From the NCBI GenBank assembly GCA_043826565.1, contig JBDRPX010000038.1:6334-70333 (forward strand): 64,000 bases of DNA. The letters are read 5' to 3'. A program made the translations under genes and the position numbers. Positions within the stretch are counted from its first letter, which is position 1. Each line of letters starts with the position of its first letter. Positions 19,227 to 28,489 of this stretch are shown here, piece after piece. Below the pieces are notes generated by a model. That model was not told the origin of the DNA. It saw only the letters and a list, made by a program, of their open reading frames with translations, and made no database searches. Source of the DNA: Candidatus Omnitrophota bacterium (GTDB lineage Bacteria; Omnitrophota; Gorgyraeia; B26-G9).

Positions 19227-20589
19227 AATGAAAAAAGAACCTATTGTCGCAATTATTGGCCGCCCTAATGTGGGAAAGTCTTGTCTGTTTAATCGTATTT
19301 TAGGCAGACGCAAGGCAATTGTTGAATCAATCAGCGGTGTTACTCGGGATCGGGTGTTTACGGATGTTTTCTGGGAAGGCCGGAAATTCCAATTAGTGGA
19401 TACCGGAGGATTGCATTTCCAGGCTGGTGATGAGATGACCATGGCTGTTCTTGCTCAAACTCAAAAAGCGCTTAAGGAGGCAGACATTGTGCTTTTTGTT
19501 GTTGATGCAAAGAGCGGGCTTGTTGCCGAGGATCGTGACCTGGCAAATTTTATAAGAAAATTTAATAAGACGGTTATTTTAGTTGTGAATAAAGTCGATA
19601 ATTTCGCTAAAATTGAAGAGCACAGTGAATTTTATGAACTTGGCTTTGCCGAGGTTTATTTTTTGTCAGCGTTACATAATATTAATATAGAGGATTTGCT
19701 TGATGAGGTTGTAAAATTGATCCAGCCGGCTGTGCTACAGGATGAAGATGAATCTAATATTCTAAAGGTAGCTATTGTTGGGCGCCCTAATGTGGGTAAA
19801 TCGTCTTTTTTAAATCGGATTCTCAAAGAAGAGCGAGTTGTGGTTAGCGCTGTTCCCGGGACCACCCGGGATACGGTGGATACTAAGTTGAATGTTAATG
19901 GGCAGGAGATGCTGTTTATTGATACTGCCGGAATTAAAAAAAGCCGGAAGACACGAGAAACCCTGGATGTTTATTCGCGTTCCCGGACTATTGAGGCGAT
20001 TAACCGGGCGGATGTATGCATAGTTCTTGTCGATGCTCAGGATGGAATTCTTAATGATGATCTGCATCTTTTTAGTTTAGTCAAGGACGCGAAAAAATGT
20101 TGTGTGCTTGCTGTAAACAAAATTGATCTTGCCGAAATAAAACTTAAAGATTTTGTCTATACGATATCGAAAAAAGCTGCGTTTATGCGTTTTGCTTTTC
20201 CGGTCCTTTGCTCAGCTAAAAAGGGGATAAATTTGCCTACGGTGCTTAAGTTAGCCCAACAGGCGCAGCAGAACAGTAAAAGGAAGATTAAGCAAAGTGA
20301 TTTAAATGAAACTTTAAACAGAGTTGCGGAAAATAGTCTGCAATTGCGTTCCCAGGGAGTGCTTAAATTACATTATCTTACTCAGACAAAAGCTAGTCCT
20401 CCAACATTTGTGATAATTGTAAATAAACTTGAATTAATAAAAAATGCATTTATAAGATATTTAGAAAATACTTTGCGTAAGAATTATGATTTTCAAGGGT
20501 CTCCGATTTATATTGTCGGAAAAGTAAAAGAAGGAAAAAGAAAGAGTAGTCTTAATTATAAAACAAAGAGGAAAAAAAAGGTATGGTAA
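19216..20589 (+). CDS. der: Ribosome-associated GTPase Der (EngA)
   Basis: Two tandem G-domains ('IIGRPNVGKS' and 'IVGRPNVGKS') plus a KH-like C-terminus. Confidence 0.95.
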   Translation: MLNKMKKEPIVAIIGRPNVGKSCLFNRILGRRKAIVESISGVTRDRVFTDVFWEGRKFQLVDTGGLHFQAGDEMTMAVLAQTQKALKEADIVLFVVDAKSGLVAEDRDLANFIRKFNKTVILVVNKVDNFAKIEEHSEFYELGFAEVYFLSALHNINIEDLLDEVVKLIQPAVLQDEDESNILKVAIVGRPNVGKSSFLNRILKEERVVVSAVPGTTRDTVDTKLNVNGQEMLFIDTAGIKKSRKTRETLDVYSRSRTIEAINRADVCIVLVDAQDGILNDDLHLFSLVKDAKKCCVLAVNKIDLAEIKLKDFVYTISKKAAFMRFAFPVLCSAKKGINLPTVLKLAQQAQQNSKRKIKQSDLNETLNRVAENSLQLRSQGVLKLHYLTQTKASPPTFVIIVNKLELIKNAFIRYLENTLRKNYDFQGSPIYIVGKVKEGKRKSSLNYKTKRKKKVW

Positions 20590-21194
20590 GCTTAATTATC
20601 GGACTTGTTCTAAGCTATTTGTGTGGAGCGATACCGGCTGCTTATTTATTCGCGAAGTTTGTTAAAGGAGTTGATATCCGGGAACAGGGCAGTGGGAATG
20701 TGGGAGCGACAAATGCCTTAAGGGTTTTGGGAAAGTTGCCGGGATTTCTAGTATTAACATTTGATATATTAAAAGGTGTTTTTGCTGTTTTGGTTATTAG
20801 CCGAATCTTTGCCGAAAGTACAGGCTTGGAGTTTGAGTGTGTGCAGGCTATTTTTGGCGGTGGCGCTGTTTGTGGGCATGTATTCAATGTGTTTTTGAAA
20901 ATGAAAAGTGGTAAAGGTGTGGCCACAAGTGCCGGAGTTCTTTTGGCATTATCGCCGCTTTCGGTTTCCATTGGATTCTTGTTTTTTCTTGCCGTTGTAG
21001 GAATTACCCGAATTGTTTCTCTGGGTTCAATTATTGCGAGTATCGTAATACCTTTTTGTATGCTTTTTCTTAAGGTTCATTATAGCTTTATAGTTCTTAG
21101 CGGATTTTTGTGTATAATTATTGTTGCCAAACATAAGTCCAACATATATAGGCTATTAACGGGGCGGGAAAGAAAGGTGTTTGAAAAAAAATGA
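20583..21194 (+). CDS. plsY: Glycerol-3-phosphate acyltransferase PlsY
   Basis: 'GSGNVGATNALR' PlsY signature and a multi-TM profile. Confidence 0.9.
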   Translation: MVSLIIGLVLSYLCGAIPAAYLFAKFVKGVDIREQGSGNVGATNALRVLGKLPGFLVLTFDILKGVFAVLVISRIFAESTGLEFECVQAIFGGGAVCGHVFNVFLKMKSGKGVATSAGVLLALSPLSVSIGFLFFLAVVGITRIVSLGSIIASIVIPFCMLFLKVHYSFIVLSGFLCIIIVAKHKSNIYRLLTGRERKVFEKK

Positions 21195-22180
21195 ATATTT
21201 CAGTAATAGGAGACGGTGGCTGGGGTACGGCAATTGCTGTTCTTTTAAAGCAGAAAGGGCTAGGAGTTAAGGTCTGGGGTGCTTTTCCGGAGTATGTTAA
21301 AATTTTAAACAGTAAAAGGGATAATTTAAAATTTCTCCCCGGCGTAAAGATTCCTAGGGGTATTCTTTTTAGTAATGATTTAAATGAGGTGGTGGATAAT
21401 ACTGACCTTGTTGTTCTGGCGGTGCCTTCTAAATATTTGCGGGGAGTATGCCAGAGCCTCAGTAAATTTAATGTCGGAAAGATGGATTTTCTTTCCGTGG
21501 CTAAGGGGATAGAATATGATACTCTGATGAGGATGTCGGAAGTTATTTCTCAGGAACTTGGCCGGGTTAGATTAGCCGTGATGTCCGGTCCAAATATAGC
21601 AAGTGAGGTTGCCCGGGGGATTCCCTCTGCTGCGGTTTGCGCATCCCGCCATAATAAATTGACGAGTAAAGTACAGGAAATTTTCATGACTAATTCATTC
21701 CGTGTGTATACGCATAATGATTTGGTGGGTGTGGAATTGGCCGGCGCTTTAAAGAACATTATTGCAATTGCCTGTGGGATCTCCGATGGATTAGGGTATG
21801 GAACAAATACCAAGGCCGCACTTTTAACCAGAGGATTAGCGGAAATTGCCCGTTTAGGCTGTTCTGTCGGCGCAAAGCAGAGGACTTTTAGCGGATTATC
21901 CGGAATGGGAGATTTGGTTACAACCTGCTTTAGCAAAGAAAGCCGTAATCGTGGGCTGGGCGAACAACTTGGTAAAGGCAAGAAACTTAATGATATTCTC
22001 GCTAAAACTGAAATGATTGTCGAAGGGGTTATTACAACTAAATCTGCAGTTAAATTAGCTAAAAATAATGGAATTGAATTGCCCATTGCTAATGAAGTTT
22101 TTAATGTTCTTTTTCGAAATAAAAATCCTTTTACTGCCGTGCAATCATTGATGTTAAGAAAAAAGACTAAGGAAACCTAG
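21191..22180 (+). CDS. gpsA: NAD(P)H-dependent glycerol-3-phosphate dehydrogenase
   Basis: 'ISVIGDGGWGTAIA' NAD-binding motif and GpsA C-terminal domain motifs (KN...AIA.G..DGLG.G.N). Confidence 0.95.
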   Translation: MNISVIGDGGWGTAIAVLLKQKGLGVKVWGAFPEYVKILNSKRDNLKFLPGVKIPRGILFSNDLNEVVDNTDLVVLAVPSKYLRGVCQSLSKFNVGKMDFLSVAKGIEYDTLMRMSEVISQELGRVRLAVMSGPNIASEVARGIPSAAVCASRHNKLTSKVQEIFMTNSFRVYTHNDLVGVELAGALKNIIAIACGISDGLGYGTNTKAALLTRGLAEIARLGCSVGAKQRTFSGLSGMGDLVTTCFSKESRNRGLGEQLGKGKKLNDILAKTEMIVEGVITTKSAVKLAKNNGIELPIANEVFNVLFRNKNPFTAVQSLMLRKKTKET

Positions 22181-22270
22181 ATATTTACTGTATTTTGTCA
22201 GTACATTTTTCTTGAAATTTAAGTGTTTTTATTATAACCTATTGATTAAGTTAGTGAAGCATTAAAATAA

Positions 22271-22306
22271 AAAGTTTGCGAAAAAGTCGGGGCGTGGCGC
22301 AGTTTA
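22271..22306 (+). repeat. Partial direct duplication of the tRNA-Pro 5' end plus 17 nt of its upstream flank (pseudo-tRNA fragment)
   Basis: 36 nt 'AAAGTTTGCGAAAAAGTCGGGGCGTGGCGCAGTTT' recur at 22414-22449 with one mismatch. The first copy lacks any matching tRNA 3' half. Confidence 0.6.
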
Positions 22307-22429
22307 ATGAGCCCCTAACTTACGGAGCAAAGCGAGGTAAGTCAGCCGGGCGAATTATATCGAATATATTAAAGATATATTCGATGAGGCTAGGCCGTTT
22401 GTGTTCAAATAAAAAGTTTGCGAAAATGT

Positions 22430-22507
22430 CGGGGCGTGGCGCAGTTTGGCTAGCGCGCTTGAATGGGGTTCAAGAGGTCGGTGGTTCGAGTCCACTCGCC
22501 CCGACCA
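22430..22507 (+). tRNA. tRNA-Pro (anticodon GGG), CCA encoded
   Basis: Manual fold gives a cloverleaf: 7/7 acceptor stem CGGGGCG/CGCCCCG, D-stem GCGC/GCGC, anticodon stem CUUGA/UCAAG with loop AUGGGGU, T-arm GGUGG-UUCGAGU-CCACU, discriminator A and CCA. Confidence 0.8.
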
Positions 22508-22555
22508 TTTAAAGTGATTTAATGTAACCAAAACATGTAATAACTATATAAAGGT

Positions 22556-22999
22556 GTGCTTTTGGACGACCAGATTCATTATCAAAATGATGATAACAGG
22601 ACCGGCGAAAGAAGGAATTTTGTACGCATAAATGCAAACTTCGTGGTGAGTTATTATAAATATCCGGGAGAAGTCAATCACACGGATATGAGTCTAACCC
22701 GTAATATTAGTCTGGGCGGGATATGTTTTACTACAGATAATGATTTTGAACTCGGCGCAATTTTACATATTACCTTAAGACTGCCTAAAGTTACGAAATT
22801 AATCGAGTTTTTGGGGGAAGTGGTATTTACTAAGCAGGAAAAAGGAAAGAATTCTATCTTTGATATCGGGGTAAAATTTGTGCAGGCACAAGAAGAAGAC
22901 CTCTATATTTTGCAAAACATCATAAAAGACTGTGCGGCTAGTGATAGTACTATTATTATAAACATTACCGAAAGAAGAAAAGAAGAGGACAATGAATAG
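22556..22999 (+). CDS. PilZ-domain protein (c-di-GMP receptor)
   Basis: RxxxR 'ERRNFVRI' and D/NxSxxG 'NISLGG' motifs in the typical PilZ spacing. GTG/TTG start, exact position uncertain. 8-nt overlap with hom. Confidence 0.7.
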   Translation: MLLDDQIHYQNDDNRTGERRNFVRINANFVVSYYKYPGEVNHTDMSLTRNISLGGICFTTDNDFELGAILHITLRLPKVTKLIEFLGEVVFTKQEKGKNSIFDIGVKFVQAQEEDLYILQNIIKDCAASDSTIIINITERRKEEDNE

Positions 23000-24287
23000 T
23001 GTTAATGTCGGGCTTATAGGTTTTGGGACTATTGGGAGCGGGGTAGTTAAAGTTTTTAAAAAGCGAAGCCTGGCTATTGCGAAAAAACTTGGAATAAAAT
23101 TAAACCTGAAATATGTTTGTGATCAGGATATTTCTTCTGACCGGGGTGTTACGGTAAATCCTAAAGTATTAGTTACTGATGTTAATAAAATATTAGAAGA
23201 TGATGATATTAAAATAGTAGTTGAACTTATCGGGGGCATTCATCCGGCAAAAGAATTTATTTTAAAAGCACTTAATAATAAAAAATATGTTGTTACGGCG
23301 AACAAGGCTTTATTGGCAGAGAATGGTGAAGAGATTTTTAAAGCTGCTGAGAAAAACAATGTTGATGTTTACTTTGAGGCAAGCGTTGGCGGAGGAATCC
23401 CTATAATTAAGTCTTTAAGGGAAGGCTTGGTTGCCTCACAGGTACAAAATATTTTTGGAATTATTAATGGTACTTCAAATTATATACTTTCACAAATGTC
23501 GCTAAAGGGGTGTGATTTTAAAACCGCGCTTCGTGAGGCGCAGTCAAAAGGTTATGCGGAAAAGGATCCGAAGCTTGATATTAACGGGATGGATTCTGCT
23601 CACAAAATTGCGATTTTGGCCAGGATATGCTTTAATTACAAAGTTTCTTTTAAGGATATTTATGTTGAGGGGATAGAAGAGATTAGCTTAAGCGATATTA
23701 AATATGCTGATGAGCTAGGATATTGTGTTAAACTACTGGCAATTGCCAAAAAATCCGGTGAAAAGGTTGAAATCAGAGTTCATCCGACCTTACTCCCTAA
23801 AAAGCATTTATTGTCAAATGTAAATGGTGTTTTTAATGCAATTTTTATTAATAGTGATCTTGTCGGAGAAATGCTTTTTTATGGCCCGGGAGCGGGGCAA
23901 ATGCCCACGGCAAGTGCGGTAATGAGTGATATTGTTGAAATAGCCCAAAAAATCACCAATCCGCAGGCAGTTAATTTATTGGCCATTAAAAATGGACAGC
24001 GTTCTTCCCGAATGTGTTCTATCGATAATATTGAAACCCGGTATTATCTTCGTTTTTTGGCTTTGGATGAACCTGGCGTTTTATCCAAAGTCTCAGAAAT
24101 ACTGGGAAAACAAAAAATTAGTATTTATAATGTGATTCAAAAAGGCAGACGACAAGCTCAGGCTGTTCCGATTGTTATGATGGTTCATGAAGCTAAGGAA
24201 AAAAATTTACGCAAGGCTCTCTCACAAATTGATAAACTGCCGATAATAAAGAGAAAAACTGTAGCGATTCGTGTGGAAAGGGGCTAA
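22992..24287 (+). CDS. hom: Homoserine dehydrogenase with C-terminal ACT domain
   Basis: NAD-binding 'VGLIGFGTIGSGV', catalytic-domain motifs, and a C-terminal ACT ('RFLALDEPGVLSKVSEILG'). Confidence 0.9.
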   Translation: MNSVNVGLIGFGTIGSGVVKVFKKRSLAIAKKLGIKLNLKYVCDQDISSDRGVTVNPKVLVTDVNKILEDDDIKIVVELIGGIHPAKEFILKALNNKKYVVTANKALLAENGEEIFKAAEKNNVDVYFEASVGGGIPIIKSLREGLVASQVQNIFGIINGTSNYILSQMSLKGCDFKTALREAQSKGYAEKDPKLDINGMDSAHKIAILARICFNYKVSFKDIYVEGIEEISLSDIKYADELGYCVKLLAIAKKSGEKVEIRVHPTLLPKKHLLSNVNGVFNAIFINSDLVGEMLFYGPGAGQMPTASAVMSDIVEIAQKITNPQAVNLLAIKNGQRSSRMCSIDNIETRYYLRFLALDEPGVLSKVSEILGKQKISIYNVIQKGRRQAQAVPIVMMVHEAKEKNLRKALSQIDKLPIIKRKTVAIRVERG

Positions 24288-24348
24288 AGAAATAATTAAT
24301 TAGCAATTGTCAATTAGCACTTAAAATTAGAAAGTAGGGTCAGAAAAA

Positions 24349-25410
24349 ATGTGGCAGGGATTAATTAATAAATACAGAGAATTCCTTCCGGTCTCTGATA
24401 AAACTCCGGTAATTACTTTAAATGAGGGGAATACGCCACTTATTTTAGCGGAGCATATTAGCAGTCTTGTGGGAAAAAATGCTAAGATTTATCTTAAGTA
24501 TGAAGGGCTTAATCCTTCCGGATCATTCAAAGATCGAGGAATGACCATGGCTATTTCCAAGGCCATGGAAGAAGGTGCTAAGGCGGTTATGTGTGCTTCT
24601 ACCGGAAATACTTCTGCTTCGGCAGCGGCATATAGCGCCCGGGCAAATCTTAAATGCATTGTCGTAATCCCTAAAGGAGCGATTGCGTTGGGAAAGCTGG
24701 CCCAAGGATTGATTCACCGAGCGCAGGTTTTAGCTGTCGATGGTAATTTTGATGATGCTTTAAAATTAGTAAAGGAGATAACCAGTAATTATCCGGTTAC
24801 ATTAGTTAATTCAATTAATCCTTATCGGATTGAGGGGCAGACAACTGGTGCATATGAGGTTTGTGATCAATTAGGCAAGGCACCGGATATATTGGCTATT
24901 CCGGTTGGTAATGCCGGGAACATCACGGCTTACTGGAAAGGGTTTAAGCGGTATAAGGAATCCGGTAATATTGAAAACTTGCCTAAAATGTTCGGATTTC
25001 AGGCGGCAGGGGCTGCGCCGATTGTAAATAAAAAAATAATTGAAGATCCCCGGACAATTGCTACGGCTATTAAGATTGGGAATCCGGCAAGTTGGCAAAT
25101 GGCTGAAGCTGCCCGAGACGAATCCGGAGGGATAATTGAAGCGGTTACGGATGAAGAAATATTGGAGGCGTATAAACTTCTGGCTTATAGAGAAGGAGTT
25201 TTTGTTGAGCCGGCTTCTGCAGCATCAGTTGCCGGAGTTTTAAAATCTGCTGCCAGCGGATTAATAAACAAAGATGAAGAAATAACCATTGTGTGTGTGC
25301 TTACCGGACATGGCCTTAAAGATCCGGACAGGGCAATAAAAACAATTCAAGAACCGGTTGTAATAGCACCAACTGTGGAAGCGGTTTTAAAAGAGATTGG
25401 GTTGGCTTAG
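24349..25410 (+). CDS. thrC: Threonine synthase
   Basis: PLP-lysine motif 'SGSFKDRGM' and the Trp-synthase beta fold. Confidence 0.95.
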   Translation: MWQGLINKYREFLPVSDKTPVITLNEGNTPLILAEHISSLVGKNAKIYLKYEGLNPSGSFKDRGMTMAISKAMEEGAKAVMCASTGNTSASAAAYSARANLKCIVVIPKGAIALGKLAQGLIHRAQVLAVDGNFDDALKLVKEITSNYPVTLVNSINPYRIEGQTTGAYEVCDQLGKAPDILAIPVGNAGNITAYWKGFKRYKESGNIENLPKMFGFQAAGAAPIVNKKIIEDPRTIATAIKIGNPASWQMAEAARDESGGIIEAVTDEEILEAYKLLAYREGVFVEPASAASVAGVLKSAASGLINKDEEITIVCVLTGHGLKDPDRAIKTIQEPVVIAPTVEAVLKEIGLA

Positions 25411-26621
25411 TGAAAAAAACTAAATATATTGTACTAGTTGCCGATGGTATGGCGGATTTACCTATAGAAGAGTTAGGCGGAAGGACACCTCTTGAGGTTG
25501 CTCGAACGCCGCATATGGATTACTTAGCTAAGCATGGAAAAATCGGAGAGGCTTTGTTTGTTCCTCAAGGAATGGTTCCGGGCAGCGATATAGCCAATTT
25601 GTCTATATTGGGCTATGATCCAAAAGAATATTATTGTGGTCGAGGACCATTAGAAGCAAGTAATTTAGGGGTTGAAATTCATGCTGGTGAGGTGGCTTTT
25701 CGCTGCAATCTTGTAACAATTGAAGATGATATTTTGGTCGATTATAGCGCGGGGCACATATCTACTAAAGAAGCCAGGATAATCATCGAGTTCCTAAATA
25801 AAGAGCTCTTTGATGATACGATACGTTTTCATGCGGGCATAAGTTACCGTCATTTGATGATCATAAAGGGAAACACTGAAGATTTGCTAAAGCTTACTTG
25901 CTTTGCGCCGCATGATATAATGGGTAAAAAAATTTCCAAATATTTACCGGATGGGCCAAGTTGTAATCGGATTATTGAAACTATGAACAGGTCCAAAGAA
26001 ATTTTAAATAAACATGAAGTAAATCAAGTTCGTATAGACTTAAAAGAAAATCCGGCTAATATGATTTGGCTCTGGGGTCAGGGTAAAAAGATTAAATTTC
26101 CTTCGTTTAAAGAAAAATATGGGGTAACTGGTTCGGTCATATCTGCCGTAGATCTTATTAAAGGAATGGGTAGATCCGTGGGGCTAAAGCCTATTTCGGT
26201 GCCGGGAGCTACGGGATATTATGATACAGATTATAAAGCTAAGGCGGACTATGCGTTGAAAAGTCTGGTAAATCATGATTTTGTTTTCGTCCATGTGGAG
26301 GCCCCGGATGAGGCCGGGCACAATGGGGATATGCGGGCAAAAATTACCGCGATTGAAAATTTTGACCGCCTAGTTGTCGGAACGATTATTGATTATTGTA
26401 AGAAAAATAAAGATGTCCGAGTATTAGTTCTGCCGGATCACCCTACACCAGTCGATTTAAAAACTCATACTTCTGACCCAGTCTGTTTTTTGATGTATGG
26501 AGAAGGGGTTCAAAAAGACAATTTTGATATTTATAATGAAGCTATTGCCCGAAAAAGCCAGCTAAAGATCACCGAGGGGCATACGCTAATGGATATTTTT
26601 ATTAAACAAGAAAATATATGA
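25410..26621 (+). CDS. Cofactor-independent phosphoglycerate mutase homolog (ApgM family); candidate non-orthologous homoserine kinase
   Basis: N-terminus 'YIVLVADGMADLPIEELGGRTPLEVARTPHMDYLA' is typical of the archaeal-type iPGM/ApgM metalloenzyme family. GTG start overlaps the thrC stop. Confidence 0.8.
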   Translation: MKKTKYIVLVADGMADLPIEELGGRTPLEVARTPHMDYLAKHGKIGEALFVPQGMVPGSDIANLSILGYDPKEYYCGRGPLEASNLGVEIHAGEVAFRCNLVTIEDDILVDYSAGHISTKEARIIIEFLNKELFDDTIRFHAGISYRHLMIIKGNTEDLLKLTCFAPHDIMGKKISKYLPDGPSCNRIIETMNRSKEILNKHEVNQVRIDLKENPANMIWLWGQGKKIKFPSFKEKYGVTGSVISAVDLIKGMGRSVGLKPISVPGATGYYDTDYKAKADYALKSLVNHDFVFVHVEAPDEAGHNGDMRAKITAIENFDRLVVGTIIDYCKKNKDVRVLVLPDHPTPVDLKTHTSDPVCFLMYGEGVQKDNFDIYNEAIARKSQLKITEGHTLMDIFIKQENI

Positions 26622-28240
26622 ATTCTGCAGTAATTCTTCTTATTACGCTAATCCTGTTTATCTTCGCATATAAATTCTTTGGTAAAAAATTAAAAGTACT
26701 TTTTGGTGTCGATCCTAATCGAAGGACACCGGCGTATAGTTCATTTGATGGAATCGACTATGTTCCTGCCCGGCATTGGACAATGCTTTTTGGACATCAT
26801 TTTGCCAGTATTGCTGGCGCCGGACCGATTATTGGTCCGGTTATCGCATGTGCCTTCTGGGGATGGGGGCCTTGTGTTATCTGGATAATAGTAGGTTCAA
26901 TTTTTTTCGGGGCTGTCCATGATTTTGGTGCTTTAATGATTTCGATAAGGCATAATGGCAGTACGATCGGTCAAATTTGCGAGCAAGTTGTTAGTAAGCC
27001 CGTTAGAATTATCATGGGCATTTTTCTCTGGATGACCTTGATACTTGTAATCGGAGTATTTGTTTTTTTTAGTGCTAATTCCTTTATTGCCGAGCCAAAG
27101 ATAATTTTGCCGAGTATCGGAATGATTCCGGTAGCTGTGCTGATTGGCTTCCTTTTATATCGTCGAAAATTAAATCAGCTGGGAGTGACTGTTTTTGGTC
27201 TAATACTTTTGGTCGGATTAATTTTTTTAGGGGCGATTATTCCTATTGAATTAACGCAAAATGCATTTCTAATCTGGTGTATCAGTTTATTGGTGTATGC
27301 TTTTTTTGCTTCAATAGTTCCCGTACAAGTGCTGCTGCAGCCACGGGATTATTTAACCAGTTTTCTATTATACTTCGGGATTGGGTGTGCAATTTTGAGT
27401 ATTTTTATTTCCCATCCGGTAACGGCAACAAAACCTTTTGTTTCTTTTTCTCCACCGGAAGGCAACTTATTCCCGATGCTGTTTGTAACAGTTGCCTGCG
27501 GGGCTGTTTCCGGATTCCACGCGCTGGTGGCCAGTGGAACTACTTCTAAACAAATTCCAACGGAAAAATTTGCTTTTAGAATCAGCTATGGAGGAATGTT
27601 ATTGGAAGGGGTATTAGCGATTATCGCGGTTATTGCGGTCAGTGCTGGGTTTTCTAATCATAGTGAATTGCTGGCGATGATGAAAGATCCTTCGGGTGGT
27701 CCGGTAATTGTTTTTGGAAAGGGGTTTGATGCAGTGACTAAGGTTGTTTTCTGTGGTTATGGCGGGTTATTGGCAATGACATTATTAAATGCTTTTATCC
27801 TGACAACTTTGGATACAGCAACAAGAATTGCCCGGTATTTAACAGAAGAATTATTTTATATAAAGAATAGATATGTATCAACTTTGATTGTAGTTTTTCT
27901 GGGGGGAATTTTAGCTGTGACTGGGGTGTGGAAACATATTTGGCCGGTTTTTGGTGCCGCTAATCAGCTGATTGCTGCACTAGCTTTAATGGTTTTAACG
28001 CTTTGGCTGGTAAAATCCGGAAAAAGTGCCAGGTTCACTTTTTTCCCGGGAGTTATTATGTTTATTTTAGCAATTATTGCGCTTATGAACCAATTTAGAG
28101 ACAATTTAGTGCAAAAAAACTGGATGCTTTTGCTAATTTGCGGTTTTTTAGCGGTGTTGGGAGTGTTTATTTTTATAAAATGCGGAATAATTTTTTCAAG
28201 TATTCGTAATAGCCTAAAAACAAAAAGGTTAGAGCTATAA
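26618..28240 (+). CDS. cstA: Carbon starvation protein A (CstA family peptide transporter)
   Basis: 'ASIAGAGPIIGPV' CstA hallmark and multiple TM helices. Confidence 0.85.
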   Translation: MNSAVILLITLILFIFAYKFFGKKLKVLFGVDPNRRTPAYSSFDGIDYVPARHWTMLFGHHFASIAGAGPIIGPVIACAFWGWGPCVIWIIVGSIFFGAVHDFGALMISIRHNGSTIGQICEQVVSKPVRIIMGIFLWMTLILVIGVFVFFSANSFIAEPKIILPSIGMIPVAVLIGFLLYRRKLNQLGVTVFGLILLVGLIFLGAIIPIELTQNAFLIWCISLLVYAFFASIVPVQVLLQPRDYLTSFLLYFGIGCAILSIFISHPVTATKPFVSFSPPEGNLFPMLFVTVACGAVSGFHALVASGTTSKQIPTEKFAFRISYGGMLLEGVLAIIAVIAVSAGFSNHSELLAMMKDPSGGPVIVFGKGFDAVTKVVFCGYGGLLAMTLLNAFILTTLDTATRIARYLTEELFYIKNRYVSTLIVVFLGGILAVTGVWKHIWPVFGAANQLIAALALMVLTLWLVKSGKSARFTFFPGVIMFILAIIALMNQFRDNLVQKNWMLLLICGFLAVLGVFIFIKCGIIFSSIRNSLKTKRLEL

Positions 28241-28268
28241 ACATCTGGTGTGTTTTTGTTTGATTATC

Positions 28269-28297
28269 TTGACATATCGCTAGATGCATGATATACT
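28269..28297 (+). promoter_or_regulatory. Consensus sigma70 promoter (TTGACA-17-TATACT) driving the riboswitch leader
   Basis: TTGACA at 28269-28274, a 17-nt spacer and TATACT at 28292-28297. Confidence 0.55.
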
Positions 28298-28375
28298 TAT
28301 TACAGGATTTAAAAAACTTTTAATTAGTTTACAACTTTGTGAGGACTTTATCCGAAAATCCGTATTATTACGGAT

Positions 28376-28472
28376 TCGCCTATTATGGGCGGAGGCAAAC
28401 CTCGAGAAATCGGGGGACGCAAAGCCACGGGTCTGTTAGTAAAGCTATGATCGCCGGGCGCACCGACAACGT
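28376..28472 (+). ncRNA. c-di-GMP-I (GEMM) riboswitch aptamer
   Basis: 'GGCAAACC-UCGA-GAAA-UCGG-GGGACGCAAAGCCACGGGUC...CGCCGGGCGCACCGAC' matches the GEMM-I signature: P2 hairpin with GAAA tetraloop, invariant ACGCAAAGCC junction, P3 with tetraloop receptor, 3' 'GC.GGG...ACCG'. Compare V. cholerae Vc2 'GGGCAAACCAUUCGAAAGAGUGGGACGCAAAGCCUCCGGCC...AGCGGGGUUACCG'. Confidence 0.7.
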
Positions 28473-28489
28473 TATAGCGTACTTATGAT

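Noticed and set aside
21550-22086. 178-aa minus-strand ORF opposite gpsA
   Set aside because: Antisense to a highly conserved gpsA with clear motifs. High-GC-codon shadow frame.
22276-22512. 78-aa + strand ORF spanning the tRNA-Pro locus
   Set aside because: It overlaps a bona fide tRNA and its partial duplicate, so it is a non-coding region translated by chance.
26703-27549. Small + strand ORFs (26703..26888, 27277..27549) inside cstA
   Set aside because: Alternative frames within a conserved multi-TM transporter gene, with no independent signals.
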